Source: Chiloscyllium plagiosum (Eukaryota). From it: a DNA stretch of 64,000 nt. This document shows positions 13,401 to 28,400 of this stretch, piece after piece (position 1 is the stretch's first letter; every line of letters starts with the position of its first letter). The notes beneath the pieces are model-generated. The model was not told the origin of the DNA, did no database searches, and saw only the letters and a list, made by a program, of their open reading frames with translations. The stretch lies in contig NC_057718.1 in NCBI RefSeq assembly GCF_004010195.1, forward strand, positions 20,861,664 to 20,925,663, read 5' to 3'. A program made the position numbers and the translations under genes.

Positions 13401-16400
13401 AACTTCTCACATACCTTCAGACAAATTTGACTATGCTTTCATTTCTTTCCCATTCCAATCAATCTCAGCATTTACTTTGCTTTGTTAAAGGGCTCCTCAT
13501 ATCATGAATCATTTCTCAAAATGAACAAATACCCTAGCCCATTGTAGGCATACAAGAGAATCATACATTAATGTATTGGTTCATAAACCTAGCCTGTAGT
13601 TCACATGAAGCAAATGCCATACATTTGATACTTTATTAATAAAATTCAGAAACTCACCCAAGCATTTTGCTGAAAAGAGATTTTCACTAAATTACCAAAT
13701 TAGAGGTACTTTAAAGGGGATTTAAGCAATATCCCAAGTATGCTGTAGCACCTTGTCAAAATTTGTCAAATTGAATTACTTTCTGTATGAACTTATTTTT
13801 GGGATGACTGGTCGATGGGAGACATTGTATGGTCCCACAAACTTGGAATTCTCTGAAGAGCTTAAGCAAATTAGATAAAGTCTTGACTGACTTTTTAGAA
13901 ACTGCAAAAGAAAATCTTCTCAAATACCAACTGTCAGCTTTGACAAAGGGTCAGTTAGACTCAAAACGTCAGCTCTTTTCTCTCCTTACAGATGCTGCCA
14001 GACCTGCTGAGATTTTCCAGCATTTTCTCTTTTGATAACAAACACATATTACTGGAAACATTCAGGTCTCGCATTATCTATGGAAAGGGAAACAGAGTTA
14101 ACATTGAGTCTGGGAATGGCTTTTTCAGAACTGAAAGGTATTGGAATTTGTTTTAAAAATACTGACAGTTCTCAGGTTACAAATTTGTTCCATTCTTGAG
14201 TCCTTTCACAAGTTGACTTGTACGCAAGTTGAAATACAATGCAGGACAATGTAAAGTAGCCATTCGTAAGTACAGGAAATGTTCCTATGAAATGACCTTT
14301 AAAATTACCCCTGTATGGAATCATGTTTGTATGCTGATCTTCTGTGTACTTTTGACAAAAATAGAGGCCCAGTGCAAAAGACAATGGGTTTCTAATGATA
14401 AAGGAAGAGAAAAATACGTTAAATGGATGAAAGGGAGAGAATGGGTTCTAACGACTAAGTAAACAAGACAAGTCCCTGGGTGTGGGGTGTTTTGGTGGTG
14501 ACATGGGGTTAAGAGAAGAGAATGTAAGAAAATTGGAGAACAGACATAATGCAGTCAGTTTCTGAAGTTATGAAATTCAATATTGAGTCCTCAATGCTGT
14601 AAAGTGCATCAGCAGAAATTGATGTGTTGCTCTTTGAGCTTGCATCGTGAGTCATTTAAATGTTAAAGCATACCCAGAAGAGCAATGTTAACACCAGAAC
14701 AAGACTGTTTATTGAAATGGCAAGCAACTGGAAGGTTAGTCACTTTTACAGACAGAGCAGAGGTGTTCTGCAAAGCAGGCACCTCGTCTGCATTTGGTTT
14801 TGCCAATGTAAAAGAAACCATAATGTGAACAGTGAATGCAGTAGACTAGTTTGAAAAAGGTTTAAGTGAAATGCTGCTTCAATTGGAAGTTTTGTTTGGG
14901 ACCTTGAACAATGGGAAGGGATGAAATGAAAGGCAAGTGTTACATCTTCCTTGACTGCATAATAAGGTGCCATGGGGGAGTCTGGAAGTGTTAGGAGTGA
15001 TGGAAGACTGCACCAAGGTGTCAGAGCAGAAATGGCCCCTGTGAAATACCATCTAGTGAAGGTGCTGTGGCAGAGATTTTGGTGGATGATCCTTTCAATG
15101 TGGAGACTAGAGGTGCAGAAAGTAAGGACAAGGGGAACCCTAATATTGCTCTGAGAAGGAAGGGACAAGACGAGGGTCAAAGTTTAGGAGATGGGTCAGA
15201 CATAGCTGAAAACCCAGTCAGTCAATCATAAAGGGGAGGGGAACCTTCAGATAAGTGAAAAGGAAGCAGCCTGGTGTAAGGTGGCATCATCAGAACAAAT
15301 GCAGAAACTGGGAGTATGGTTAGGAATCCTTGCAGGATTTTGTCAAGATAACTGCTGGAGTTACTTGAATGGATATTGGTGGACTGCTTATTCTCAGAAA
15401 TAGAAACTGTGAAATCAAGAAAGGGAAGGAAATAGTCATATGGAACATGTGAAGGTGAAATAAGAATGGAAACTTGAAGCAAAACATGTTAAATCTTCCA
15501 GTTCCAGACAAGAACAGGAAGCAGAACTGAATGGATCATTGGTCGATCAGAAAAAGGCTTGTGTGCTTTGCATCTTTGTACTGTCCTCAATACAGTTTTT
15601 GAAATTCTTAAAAGTTTTCAGTCTCTTAATGTGGATCACCACTCAGAAGAGCAGTGACACAAGTAAACTTGAAAAATTCAGAAATCACAGTCTTCAGTCC
15701 TCACTCATTCAATTATTTATATAGGGTTATTAGCAACACCAGATGCTGGAAATACAGAAACATGCTGCAAGTATTGTTAACACAATTACTTAGCATATGA
15801 CATACATTTCTGTATATATAGCAGTGGAAAAGTTTTTCACTATATTTTACTGTTTTTCTCACTAAAATACACATGACAACAAAATCATTCAACATTAGCT
15901 TTGATCCTCTTTCCACAGAGGCTGCTCAACCTGCTTAACTTTTCCAACAATTTCTGATTTTAATTCACATTTCCAGCATTCACAATATTTTGCATTTACT
16001 TGGAGTATTTAAATTTTTCTTGCCAAAGACTGCTTTAAAGATGTGTTAGAAATAGTTTTTGCAATCTGAATAATTGAGGAGTAGGCTGAAGGGATGAACT
16101 GTCTTGGAGAACCATTCGGTTCAAATATATGTTGCTGCTGATGAAAATCAAGGTGGTTTACATACAAAAAAGTTCGAAAAGATGGAATGGTGAAAGTAAA
16201 TTAACTATTTGTAGAGCAGGCAAAAATGCACAAAATATTTCAAGATGATACTTAACAGCATTGATTCGAAGGCCAGACAACAAAAGTACTAATTTGTCCA
16301 ATGATAACATTTTAGAGTATTTCTTACCCCATAGATTATTTTAGCGTAAGCACAAAATCATTTCAATGCTATACATAAAAGTAACAAATATGTACAATGC

Positions 16401-19400
16401 AACTTGTGACTCACTGTGTGCCAGTGTGACCACCTCTCCACACCTGCAGCTTTCCACCCACCAGTAAGTTATGGTCAAGTATGAAGTATTTCAGAATCTG
16501 ATGATAGCTGTGATCATTAGTAATTAATATTAGTACAAAACAAACAGCTAAAATATTCACTCAGTAGTGCAAGAATAACCAGTGACAAAAAAGAAAGACA
16601 AAGGCCAATTTTCTTAGCGGGAGAAGCAGGATGATCCTCATATCGGTGTGTCCACTTTAAGGTTATTTTCTACTTGCACCCTCATTGTATTTCACTACTT
16701 TTCACCAATTTTTCATACTTCCTCATTTCATTGTACATGAGCAACGTGAAAATATGATATCAGATGCAGTTTTTTTTCCCTTCTTGGAACTGATGAATGA
16801 AAATACAAGAAAGAGATGCATTTCTCAAGTTGATCAGTTTTCCAATGGACCCACCTAGTGGTCAAGCCTCAGATTTTCTGTCTCTGTCTTTTATAAGGTG
16901 TCCAGTTTCCTCATTGTATGTTAAACTATGTGTCCAAGAGCAATTTTGGACTATCATCTTTCTAACAACATAGTGCCATATGTACACTGAGGACGGAGTA
17001 GAAAATTAGGCCACCATTTTAAGTTATACCCATTATATAAACTTGATCTAAAATGGAGACTCGACATGGGTTTTTCTTTGCTAATTTTTAAATTTCCAAA
17101 GCTGATCAATTTTGGAAGAAATATTCCAATTAAATGGAAAGTAAAAGCACAGAAAATTGGACATGCAGGGTATTTGTTCCTTTGTGCCTACTCCGCCATT
17201 CAATGTGATCATGGCTGATCAACCAACTCAGTACCTAGTTCCTGCTCTCTGTGTCAAAAAATTCCAAAGACGCATCACTCTCTGGTGAACAAATTTCTCA
17301 TCTTAGACTTAAATGAGCTTTGACCGTAATCCCTGGTTTTAGACTCCCCAGTAATTGGGATCATCCTTCTTAAATTTATCCTATGAGATGACCCCTCCTT
17401 CTTCTAAACTCCTAATCAATCCAGTCTCTCCTCATATGTCAGTCCTGCCATTTCAGGAATCAATTTGATAAACCTCTATTGCACTCCCTTTATAACTAGA
17501 GCATCCTTTATTAAATAAGGTTAACAAGGCTGCACACAATACTCTTGGTGTGGTCTCAATAAAACATTGTACAACTACAGCTAGATATCCCTGTTCCTGT
17601 ACTCAAATCCTCACACTAAGAAGAACATAACATTTGGCTTCTTCATTGCTCTTGCACCTGCATTCTTACCTTCAGCGACTACAGTAAAATATGTCCAGGT
17701 CTCGTTGCTGATCCCACTTCCCAGATCTATTGCCATTCAAATAATAATCTGCATTCCTGGTTTTGCTACCAAACTGGATAAGCTCATATTTATTTGCCAT
17801 ATAATCGCTTACTCATTCAATTTGTCCAATCACACATGAAGCATCCTGACATCTTTCTCACAGTTAACCCTCCCACCCAGCTGTGTAGTCTACAAATTCG
17901 TAGAGATTGCATTTAGTTCTCTTATCAAAACCATTCATCTACATATTGCGAATAGCTAGGATCCCAGCACTGATCCCTGACAGCAATCTGGCGAAGTGTT
18001 TAGTTGCGATGAAATGTTGACAGAAATATATATTCTTACACATGCTGGTTCCTGAAAGACAAGTTTTAATTTGGACATTTGCCCACATGCTTAACTGTAG
18101 TCTAGTGTGTTGTAATGTTTTATAACACAATTACTATATAGTTAAACATTTCTGTATTTTAGAATTAAGGTGAATTTCTAATACGAGAACAAACAAAGAG
18201 AGAAAGTAAGTTTGAGAAACATAATGCATTTTAAAAAAAAGTTTAAATCTGCACTTGCTAATGCAATATTGAAGGCACACTATCTATACTCTCCAGTTGT
18301 TGCACTCATATCTGATACATAAGATGGTTGTGGTTGTTGGAGGTCATTCACCTTAACTCAAAGGCATCTTTGCAAGAGCCACTCAGGGTGCTGTCCAAGA
18401 CCCAGTCACCTTCAGCTGTTTCGTCAATGACCTTACCTCCATCATAAAATCAGAAATGGGAATGTTCACCGATGATCGCACAACACTCAGCACCATTCAC
18501 AAGTTTCAGATGCTGAAGCAGTTAATGTCTAAATGCAACAATTCCTGGGCAAGATTTAAGCTTAAGATTATTGTGGTGCTGGAAAAACACAGGTCAGGTA
18601 GCATCCAAGGAGCAGGAAAATCGATGTTTTGGAGTTTCAGATGCTGAAGCAGTTAATGTCTAAATGCAACAATTCCTGGGCAAGATTTAAGCTTAAGATT
18701 ATTGTGGTGCTGGAAAAGCACAGCAGGTCAGGTAGCATCCAAGGAGCAGGAAAATTGATGTTTTGGGCAGGAGCCCTTCATCAGGAATGAGGTTGGATTC
18801 CTCGGGGGAGGAGATAAATGGGAGTGTGTGGGGCTGGGGAGAAGGTAATTGAGAGTGCAATAGGTGGATGGAGGAAGGGGTAAAGGTGATAGGTAAGAGA
18901 GAAGGGTGGAGCCGATAGGTGGGAAGGAAGATTGACAGGTGGAACAGGTCATGAGGATAGTGCTGAGCTGGAAGTTTGGAGCTGGGGTAATGGGAAATGA
19001 AGAAATTGATGAAGTCCACATTGATGCCCTGGGATTCCGAGGCATGAGACGTTCTTCGTCCAGGTGTCTGGTGGTGAGCGAGTGGCTGTGGAGGAGGCCC
19101 AGGACTTGCATGTCCTCGGCTGAGTGGGAGGGGGAGGGGGAGATGAAATGTTCGGCCACGGGATGGTGGAATTGATTGGTGCAAGTGTCCCGGAGATGTT
19201 CCCTGAAGCGCTCTGCTAGGAGGCATCGGGGAGACTGGATGCATCAGGAGCAACAGATACAATAAATGACATTTGTCGAAGTGCAGGTGAAACTTTGATG
19301 GCTGTGGAAGGCTCCTTTGGGACTTTGGATGGAGGTGGGGAAAGTGTAGGCGCAGATTTTGCAATTCCTGCGGTGAAAGGGGAAGGTGCCAGGAGGGGAG

Positions 19401-22400
19401 GATGGATTGTTGGGGCGCGTGGACCTGACCAGGTAGTCACAGAGGGAACGGTCTTTATGGAAAGCAGATGGGGTGGGAGGGAAATATATCCCTGGTGGTG
19501 GGGTCCATTTGTAGGTGGCAGAACTGTTGGCAGATGATGCGGCCACTGGACGGTGGAATTGATTGGTGCAAGTGTCCCGGAGATGTTCCCTGAAGCGCTC
19601 TGCTAGGAGGCATCGGGGAGACTGGATGCATCAGGAGCAACAGATACAATAAATGACATTTGTGGAAGTGCAGGTGAAACTTTGATGGCTGTGGAAGGCT
19701 CCTTTGGGACCTTGGATGGAGGTGGGGAAGGTGTAGGCGCAGATTTTGCAATTCCTGCGGTGACAGGGGAAGGTGCCAGGAGGGGAGGATGGATTATTGG
19801 GGCGCGTGGACCTGACCAGGTAGTCACAGAGGGAACGGTCTTTATGGAAAGCAGATGGGGTGGGGAGGGTCCATTTGTAGGTGGCAGAAATGTTGGCAGA
19901 TGATGCGGTTTATGTGGAGGTTGGTGGGGTACAAGGTGAGGACCAGGGGGAGTTCTTTCCTTGTTGCGATTGGAGGCTGACAAGTGATAACTAACATTCA
20001 TACCACACAAATATCAGGCAATGACCACCTCCAATAAGATAATCTAACCACTGCCCCGTTACAGTCAAAGGCATTACCATCACTTAATCCCTCACTATCA
20101 GCATCCTGGGGGGGGTTACCAACCATTGACCAGAAACTCAAATGGACTCACTATACAAATGCAGTGGTGACAAGAGCAGGTCAGAGATTTGGAATACTGT
20201 GAGGAGTAACTCCCCAAAGCTAGTCCACCCCAAGTTAGGAGTGTGAGTGAATATTCTTCATTTTCCTGGATGAGTGCAGCTCCAATGACACTCAAGAAGC
20301 TTGATGCCATCTAGGACAAAGCACCCCACTTGATTGGCACCACATTCGCAAACATTCAATTACTCTACCAAGATTCCGTAACAGCAGCATGTATAATCTA
20401 CAAGAAGCACTGCAGAAACTTCCCAAAGATCCTTCGGCAGGATCTTTGAAACTCTCAACCAATACCATTTAGAAGGACAATCATAACAAAAATATTTGAA
20501 CAGCATCATCTACAAGTTCCCCTCCAAGCCACTCATCATTCTGACTTGGAAATATATTGCTGTTCCTTTGCTTCCACTGGGTCAAAATCCTGGAATTCCC
20601 TCCCTGATGCATTGCAGGTGTACATACAGCACGTAGACTGAAACAAGAACACAGATCAGCACCACCTTCTGAAGGGCAACTCTGGATAGGCAATAAATGC
20701 CAGCAAAGCCCACACCCCATAAATCAATTTAAAAAAAGAGATGTTGGCAGAACTCCATACTATCCTTCGACATTGGTATGACTTAGAATTAACTGCTTAG
20801 ATTCAAAGTTTGGGACCAATGGAAAAATTGGAGTTGAAGTACAACAAACGATAAAGGTTTACCCGATACACACCCATAGACACCCTGCATGAGCAACACA
20901 ATTTTTTTCATGAACAATTGGAAGCAACATAGTCTATTTTAAATGAGACAAAGCATATTTTTGTTTTTTTCTGACCAGCTTTTAGGTTTGATACTCTGTA
21001 GAATATCAGAGTATGCAGATACTTTTTTTTGCATGCTTAGAGAGATTGTGTGTGTTGTTTCTGCATTAGCCAGAGTTAGTTATATTATTTACATTTTAAA
21101 CTGTTTGTTAATAATTTCTGCATCTTTGCTGGAGTGAGCTTCAACAATAAAATTATTTTTCTATACAGTCATAGGTGTACAGCACAGAAACAGGTCTTTT
21201 GGCGCAGCTCATCCATGCCGACCAGGTTTCCTAAACTGAACTAGTCCTATGTGCCTGACTAGGCCAATATCTCTCTAAGCCTCTCTTATCCACGTAAGTG
21301 TCCAAATGTTTTTTTAATATTGTAATTGTACCTACCTCTGCCAGTTCTTCTGGTAGCTCATTCCATATGTACACCATTATCTGTGTGAAAATGTTGCTCC
21401 TGAGGTTTATTAATTTAAGGGTCTTGGCTGATTTATTTCTTACACCATTTTATACAAAATGAAGCATTAGAAGCAAATCTAATGGTGATCATGCAACAAT
21501 TGTCAATACAGACTTATGGCAATATGGTTAACTCTGAAATGACTAAGCCAGTTAAGGGCAACAAAAAAATGAGCAATAAATACTAGCCCAGCCAGTGACA
21601 ACCCACATTCCATGCATGAACGCTAAAAAATCTAAGTTGGTAATGTCATCTCCCTTTTAAACGTGAACTCTGTTGTCACCAACTCAGTAGTGAGTGAAGA
21701 GTGGAATATGTTATTACTTGGTCAAACACCAGGAATGAAGGCCCTAACCATACCTTGACCCCTTGAGTTCAGTGGAACCAAGATAGCATCTCAATTATTG
21801 CCTGGTTGAGATCAAACAACTTCACCACCATAAATCAGACTAAATTCAAGACTTTCCAGCCTGCAAGGCATGGGGAAAAATGTCTGATATAAATTAGGTG
21901 AAATAGTAGCACCTTTTCTTTATATTAATCAAAAAAGAGATACGTAGATTTGCAGATTCTTCTTAATATTCTTCATTTCCAATCTAATTTACATATTTTG
22001 CATTTCTCTCCAGTCTTTACTATAGTGTCCCACATTTCAGCCAAACAGTCCAGCTAAACAGTGACATACACTTTATCTTCCAGCTTACAAATAAGAAACT
22101 AAAACTGCCACCTTGATATTATTGCTCAAGTAATGAAATGGGACATTCATTTCTAAGTAAGAATACTACTTCATCGTCCAATCAATTTACAGCAGAAAAT
22201 GCACTATTGTTTTTATATATTTTGTGTTTGCTCACTGAGCTGGAAGGTTCGCATTCTGACGTTGCGTCACCATACTAGGTAACATCAGTGAGCCTCCGCT
22301 GAAGCACTGGTATTATGGCCAGCTTTCTGTTTATGTGTTTATGTTTCCTTGGGTTGATGATGCCATTTCCTGTGTTGATGTAATTTCCTTTTTCTTTCCT

Positions 22401-25400
22401 CAGATGATAGACGGGATCCAAATTGATGTGTTTGTTGATAGAGTTCCGATTGGAACGCCATGCTTCTAGAAATTCCGATGAGTGTCTCTGTTTGGCTTGT
22501 CTTAGAATGGATGTGTTGTCCCAGTCAAAGTGGAAATAATAAAATCATGGTCTCCTTTAATGTAACAGTCCTGTTCACATCCAGAAAATTCAACCTCGCC
22601 AAAGGAATACTGATTATGCTATTAGAAGAATGAAAGACACATAGACGAGGCACCACCAACTTCATCGGCAAAGACATCATCATTAAACTAGTGGACTTAT
22701 GCCTTATCACCCACTTCATTTTCAATAACAAAACCTACAGACAAATCAATGGAACACCCATGGGATCTCCAATATCAGGATTCTTAGCAGAGACAGTAAT
22801 GCATAGACTCCAACAAACAGCTCTGCCAACCAGCCAACCCAAACTTTGGGTCCGCTACGTGGATGACACCTTTGTCATAACTACACGAAACAAATTAGAG
22901 GAAAACTTCAAGACCATCAATAATATCCTTACAGGCATAAAATTCACAAAAGAGGAAGAAAACCACTACAAACTGCTATTCCCAGATGTCACAGTAGACC
23001 GAACAGTCAATGGGGAACTTCAAACCAGAGTCTACAGGAAAACAACACATATGGACCAAATACTTAACTACAGAAGCAATCATCCCAATACTCACAAACA
23101 AAGGTGCATTAGAACATTATTTCAACAAGCCACCACACACTGCAGCACTGAGGAACTACGAAGAGCAGAAGAAAACCACCTATATAGCGTATTCAAAAAG
23201 AACAGGTACCCAATGAAAAAATCTGTCTATTTCTCAGCTATAAACACAAACAAGCAGCCCAGAAATTCTAGCCACTCTCCCCTACATCAAAGACATCTCA
23301 TAAATGACTGCCAGACTACTCAGACCTCTTGGCATCATGGTAGCCCACAAACCCACCAACACACTAAAACAGCAGCTAATGAACTTGAAAGACCCTATAC
23401 AGACAGGAAGTAAAACGAACGTTATTTACAAAAGTCCTAGCAAGAACTGTAACAAACATTACATTGGACAAACAGGCAGAAAAATAGCCATCAGGATACA
23501 TGAACTTCAACTAGCCACAAAAAGACATGACCCACTGACATACGGATGAGGAAGGACACCACTTATTGGGACAACACATCCAACATCAGACGAGCCAAAC
23601 AGACATACACGAGAATTCCTAGAAGTACGGCATTCCAACCGGAACTCGATCAACAAACACATAGATTGGATCCAGAATCAATCACCCTCTGAGAAAAAGA
23701 ACAGGAAATAGAGCAAAGAACATTATAGCGCAGTACAGGCCCTTCAGCTCTCGATGTTGCACCTACCTGTGGAATCAATCTGAAGCCCATCTAAACTACA
23801 CTATTCCATTCTCATCCATATGCCTATCCAGTGACCATTTAAATGCCCTAAACGTTGGTGAGTCTACTACTGTTGCAGGCAGTGTTTTCCACGCCCCTAC
23901 TACTGAGTAAAAAAACTGCCTCTGACATATGTCCTATATCTAACACCCCTCAATTTAAAGCTATCTCCCCTCATGCTAGCCATCGCCAGGAAAAAGGCGC
24001 TCACCGTCCAACCTATCTAACCCTCTAATTATCTTATATGTCTCAATTAAGTCACCTCTCAAGCTTCTTCTCTCTGATGAAAACAGCTTCAAGTCCCTCA
24101 GCCTTTCCTCATAAGACCCTCCCTCCATACCAGGCAACATCCTAAGTAAATCTCCTCTGATCCCTTTCCAAAGCTTCTACATCCTTCCAAAAATGCGGTG
24201 ACCAGTACTTTACACAATACTCCAAATGTGGCCACACCAGAGTTTTGTACAGCTGCAGCATTGAGAAAGGACACAAAGGGAAAGCATTGAATTAAAGAAA
24301 CCAAAGAATGTTAGAACTAAAGCAAAAGGTACTAAGAAAGATAACTTAATTAAAGATTTCAAGCTTTGCTGGGAAAAGCAGGAAGCCCAGCTCTGTATAA
24401 GAGCAAGTTTAGGCAGCTATGAAACTTAAAAATTAGTCATTAAGGAGGAGCAAAAGCCTTTGACAGATCACTTCAAACTTCAAGTACCTATGAGGAAAGA
24501 CAATAGGGGTTTGAATCAAGAGTTTACTGACCAAGCATGTGAGTTGGAAAACAATGAGGAATGGGTTTAAGACACAAAAGACAGTCAGTAATCAGGTTTA
24601 AACAAGGATATGAGGTGATGAGTATGTGACCAAACTTTAGAGGATATCAACACTTAATGTCATCACCAGAGTCGGCACAAGGGCAGTTACGTTATCGCTA
24701 TTCTAGTAATGTAATCGGTCAACAAAAGTTCATCGCAACACAGCAGGAATGTGGTGAAGACATCATGTTCATCAGCAGGTGTTTGATTGACATGTTTATT
24801 GGGCAAAAATTGTATAAATACTAAATATTTTGAGTGCCATTTTCGGAGTAGTCAGAGAGCCCGAGGTTGTTAAATGCTGGTACCGTTACTCTGCTGAAGT
24901 TCTAGAACCTCTACATAGACTAGGGCTTGGTGTCTTGTTACTCTGTAACTGTGATACTGTAGTAAATGTTTCAATAAATATGCTAAACCTTTAATGAACC
25001 GCTTGTAAGAATATATTCTAGGCAATTGAACAATCTCAGGGAAAGAACCAGGGAAGGTTGAGTAGACTCCAGTAGGGAGTCCTCCCTTACCCACTGAAGC
25101 TCCCGGGGAAGCTTCAACAGCATGATCTCATGGTTTCGAAACTCAGTCCCTCTACCAATAGAAGTTAACACACCATATGCCTTCTTAACAACCTGAGTGG
25201 CAACTTTCAAGGATCTATGTACCTGGACACCTAGATGTCTCTGCTCATCTACAATACCAAGAATCTTACCATTCGCCCAGTACTCTGCATTTCTGTTCCT
25301 GTTTGCAAAGTGAATCACTTCACATTTTTCCGCATTAAACTCCATTTGCCACCTCTCAGCCCAGCTCTGCAGCTTATCTATGTTTCTCTGTAACCTACAA

Positions 25401-28400
25401 CATCCTTAGTCACTATCCACACCTTAGTGTTATCCGCAAATTTACTAATACATCCTTCTATGCCCTCATCCAGGTCTTTATAAAAATGACAAACAACTGT
25501 GGCCCCAACACAGATCCTTGTAGTACACCACTAGTAACTGAACTCCAGGATGAACATTTCCTATCAACGACCACCCTCTGTCTTCTTTCAGCTAGTCAAT
25601 TTCTGATGCAAACTGCTAAATCACCCTCCATTTCATGCCTCCGTATTTTGTGCAATAGCCTACCGTGAGAACCTTATCAAACGCCTTACTGAAATCCACA
25701 TATACCACATCAACCGCTTTACCCTCATCCACCTGTTTGGTCACCTTCTCAAAGAATTCAATAAGGTTTGTGAGGCACAACCTACCCTTCACAGAACCAT
25801 GTTGACTAACCCCAATCAACTTATTCCTTTCTAGATGATTCACCAACCCAAGGAACACAAATAGAAAGTGGGTCACTAACACCAGTGCTTCACCGGAGGT
25901 TCACTGATGATGTTACCTAGCATGGTGATGAAACATCTGAAAATGAACCTTCCAGGTCAGCGAACAAACCTACCTCCAGAACCTCAACCTGAGCTACAAA
26001 TCTTCTCCAAACTCGCCAACGTATTTTCTCTCAGGACTTCGTAACAATGACAGGCCACATTTTTACCTATCCTAGTTAGTCTTGAAGATAGTGGATTGTC
26101 TTTTTGAACAACTTCAGTTTATGAAATGAATGTAATCCTTCAATCCTGTCCAGGAGTTCCAGGATCTTGTTCACTGATGAAGAAGCAGCAATGTCTAATT
26201 CAGGATCATGTGGGATTTGGAAGGAACCAAGGAACTGATGGCATTCCCATACATTTATTTTCTATGTACTGCATGCTACACCTAAGGAAAGGTGAGGAAC
26301 ATATGAAGTCTTGGTGAATTGCTGCAGTGTGACTTGTGGATAGGAGACATTTCAACTAAGTATGCTAGTGGTGGGAGTTTAGGCTAGTGGATAAGGCATT
26401 GATCATGTGCCCAACATGCTGTTGTTATGGGTGTGCATATTGAGACAAGTGTATTTCATTAACATATCAATTTGTTCCTTGCAAGTGGTGGTTAGATTTT
26501 GGAAAGTTAAGTTAACCATGCTGCTATACCAAGAATACCTAGCCTCTGAACTGCTCTTTGCTGTGACATGGACACGGCTGGTCCAAAAAAAGATGAGTGG
26601 AAATTTGAGGAGTAAGGTAGTGATGCTGATGGCTTTGCAAAACAAGTTCAGTACTTGATGAGACAAAACTATTTACAACATCAATCATGCAAACTACAAA
26701 AGGAAGTCAAATACATCCAAGTTTTGCAGAGCAGGAATGAGGCAGAGAAGAAAGAAAAACTAGAGAGGACACAAGTGGTTTCAGGAATAGGGTCAGGTGA
26801 AGCCTAGCGAATACCTAGATTTTGTAGACTAAGTGAGGGGGTAAATGCAGAGGCTGCTGACCATGGCTTCAATCTTGGTGATGAAGAAGCCTGTTGTGTC
26901 AGAGGAGAGTGAAGCCGATGGCTGAAAGCAGCAGTTATCCTTGTTCTACAAAACAGCTGAACGAGATGCATGCCTAAAGTCTTCAGGAAGTGAGGTGACA
27001 TACCAGAAACGGGGAGAAAGTTTTTTCTTAAGTGATTAAGGACAGAGATGGCATGTTGCAGATGTGTTATGACAACTGCAGGGTGCAAGATACCCTACTC
27101 AGCTCAAATATATATACAAGATGAAGATTTAGTTTAATCTCGTAAGGTTAAGGTTTTTGTACTCTAGACTCATATTGATATGAGTCTAGAGTGAGGTACT
27201 GGAAAAGCACAGGAGGTCAGGCAGCACTGGAGGAACAGGAGAATCGATGTTTTGAGCATAAGCCCTTCATCAGGAATGATGCAGAGAAAGTACCAATACA
27301 ACTTATCTAGGTTTTTGTGTAAGGTCTCTCTTTTCTAAGTGTTTCATTCCCTCTAATAATTGTCATATGATAATCAATAACCTGGATTGAGAGATAGGCA
27401 AGAGACCTCTGAAGATCTTGACCTTACCTTCCTGATTTGTAGAGAGACAGGAATGAAAAGTGAAGTGAAGGTTATGTCACTAGAGACAGAAATAGGTTAA
27501 CTGTAATTATTTCTTTGCACAAATGCTGCTTAAAGGCGTTGAGCGTGACAGGATTTGTGAAACATAAGGTTTAGTTGCAAAACTTATTCGGTGTCATATT
27601 CAAATTAGCTTACCAATAACAAGGTACTGAAATTGACAATGGTTTCGATGAAAGTTTTCTTCCATGGGGAAGGTGAAAAAAGCGGAATATGAAAGTGTTA
27701 AAGGAATGTGGATGTCATGGAACATAAAGAAATGATTGAGTTTAGACTCAATCAATTTCCAAAATAAACCAATGACAACTCTTGGCAGGTTAGATTTCAG
27801 ATGTTTAATACACATAGTTTATCGATGTTCTGCGACTGAAGAGTATAGATCAAGTTGGCAGCATCAAATGGCATAGGAAGAATGCTGTAGTTAATTTTGC
27901 TAGAATCAACTAGCTTGTTGTTACCAAGTTGTGAAACTAAGCCAGCTAAAGCAATCTATCAATTTTGAAATTTACTTCTATGAAATAGGAAGCACCTGGA
28001 CTTCCAATGATTGGTATCCTTAGTGAGTAAGACTAAATGGTGAATCATCAACTGAAAGCCAAAAATGCTGGAAATCACAGTGGGTCAGACAACATCTGTG
28101 GAGTGAGAGCAAGCTAATGTTTTGAATCTAGATAACTCTTCTTCAGAGCTGATCAATCATCAATACTGCCCTAGAGTAATGGATTTTGATCAGACGGACC
28201 AATGGGCTGAGGAATGGTAGATGGAGTTTAATTTAGGTAACTGTGAGGTGCTGCATTTTGGGAAAGCAAGTCTTAGCAGGACTTATACACTTAATGGTAA
28301 GGTCCAAGGGCCTATCGGAAAGATGTTGTGAAACTTGAAAGGGTTCAGAAAAGATTTACAAGGATGTTGCCAGGTTTGGAGGATTTGAGCTGTAGGAAGA

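Larger units (their letters stand above)
22225..26017 (+). mobile_element. Penelope-like element (RT + GIY-YIG) with inverted 5' segment, split by a CR1 insertion
   Basis: ORF 22691-23413 has GTPMGSPIS and WVRYVDDTF; 23304-23549 has NVIY..CNKHYIGQT; 22225-22535 is an inverted copy of the 3' end; the terminal repeat resumes at ~25836. Confidence 0.92.

Noticed and set aside
16415..16443. Small exon-like segment on the minus strand (ctgcag|..|gtgagt)
   Set aside because: No ZnT6 similarity, poor polypyrimidine tract, and the length would shift the frame.
18699..20010. Several 100-220 aa Pro/His-rich ORFs
   Set aside because: Alternative frames of a duplicated, disrupted Penelope GIY-YIG region.
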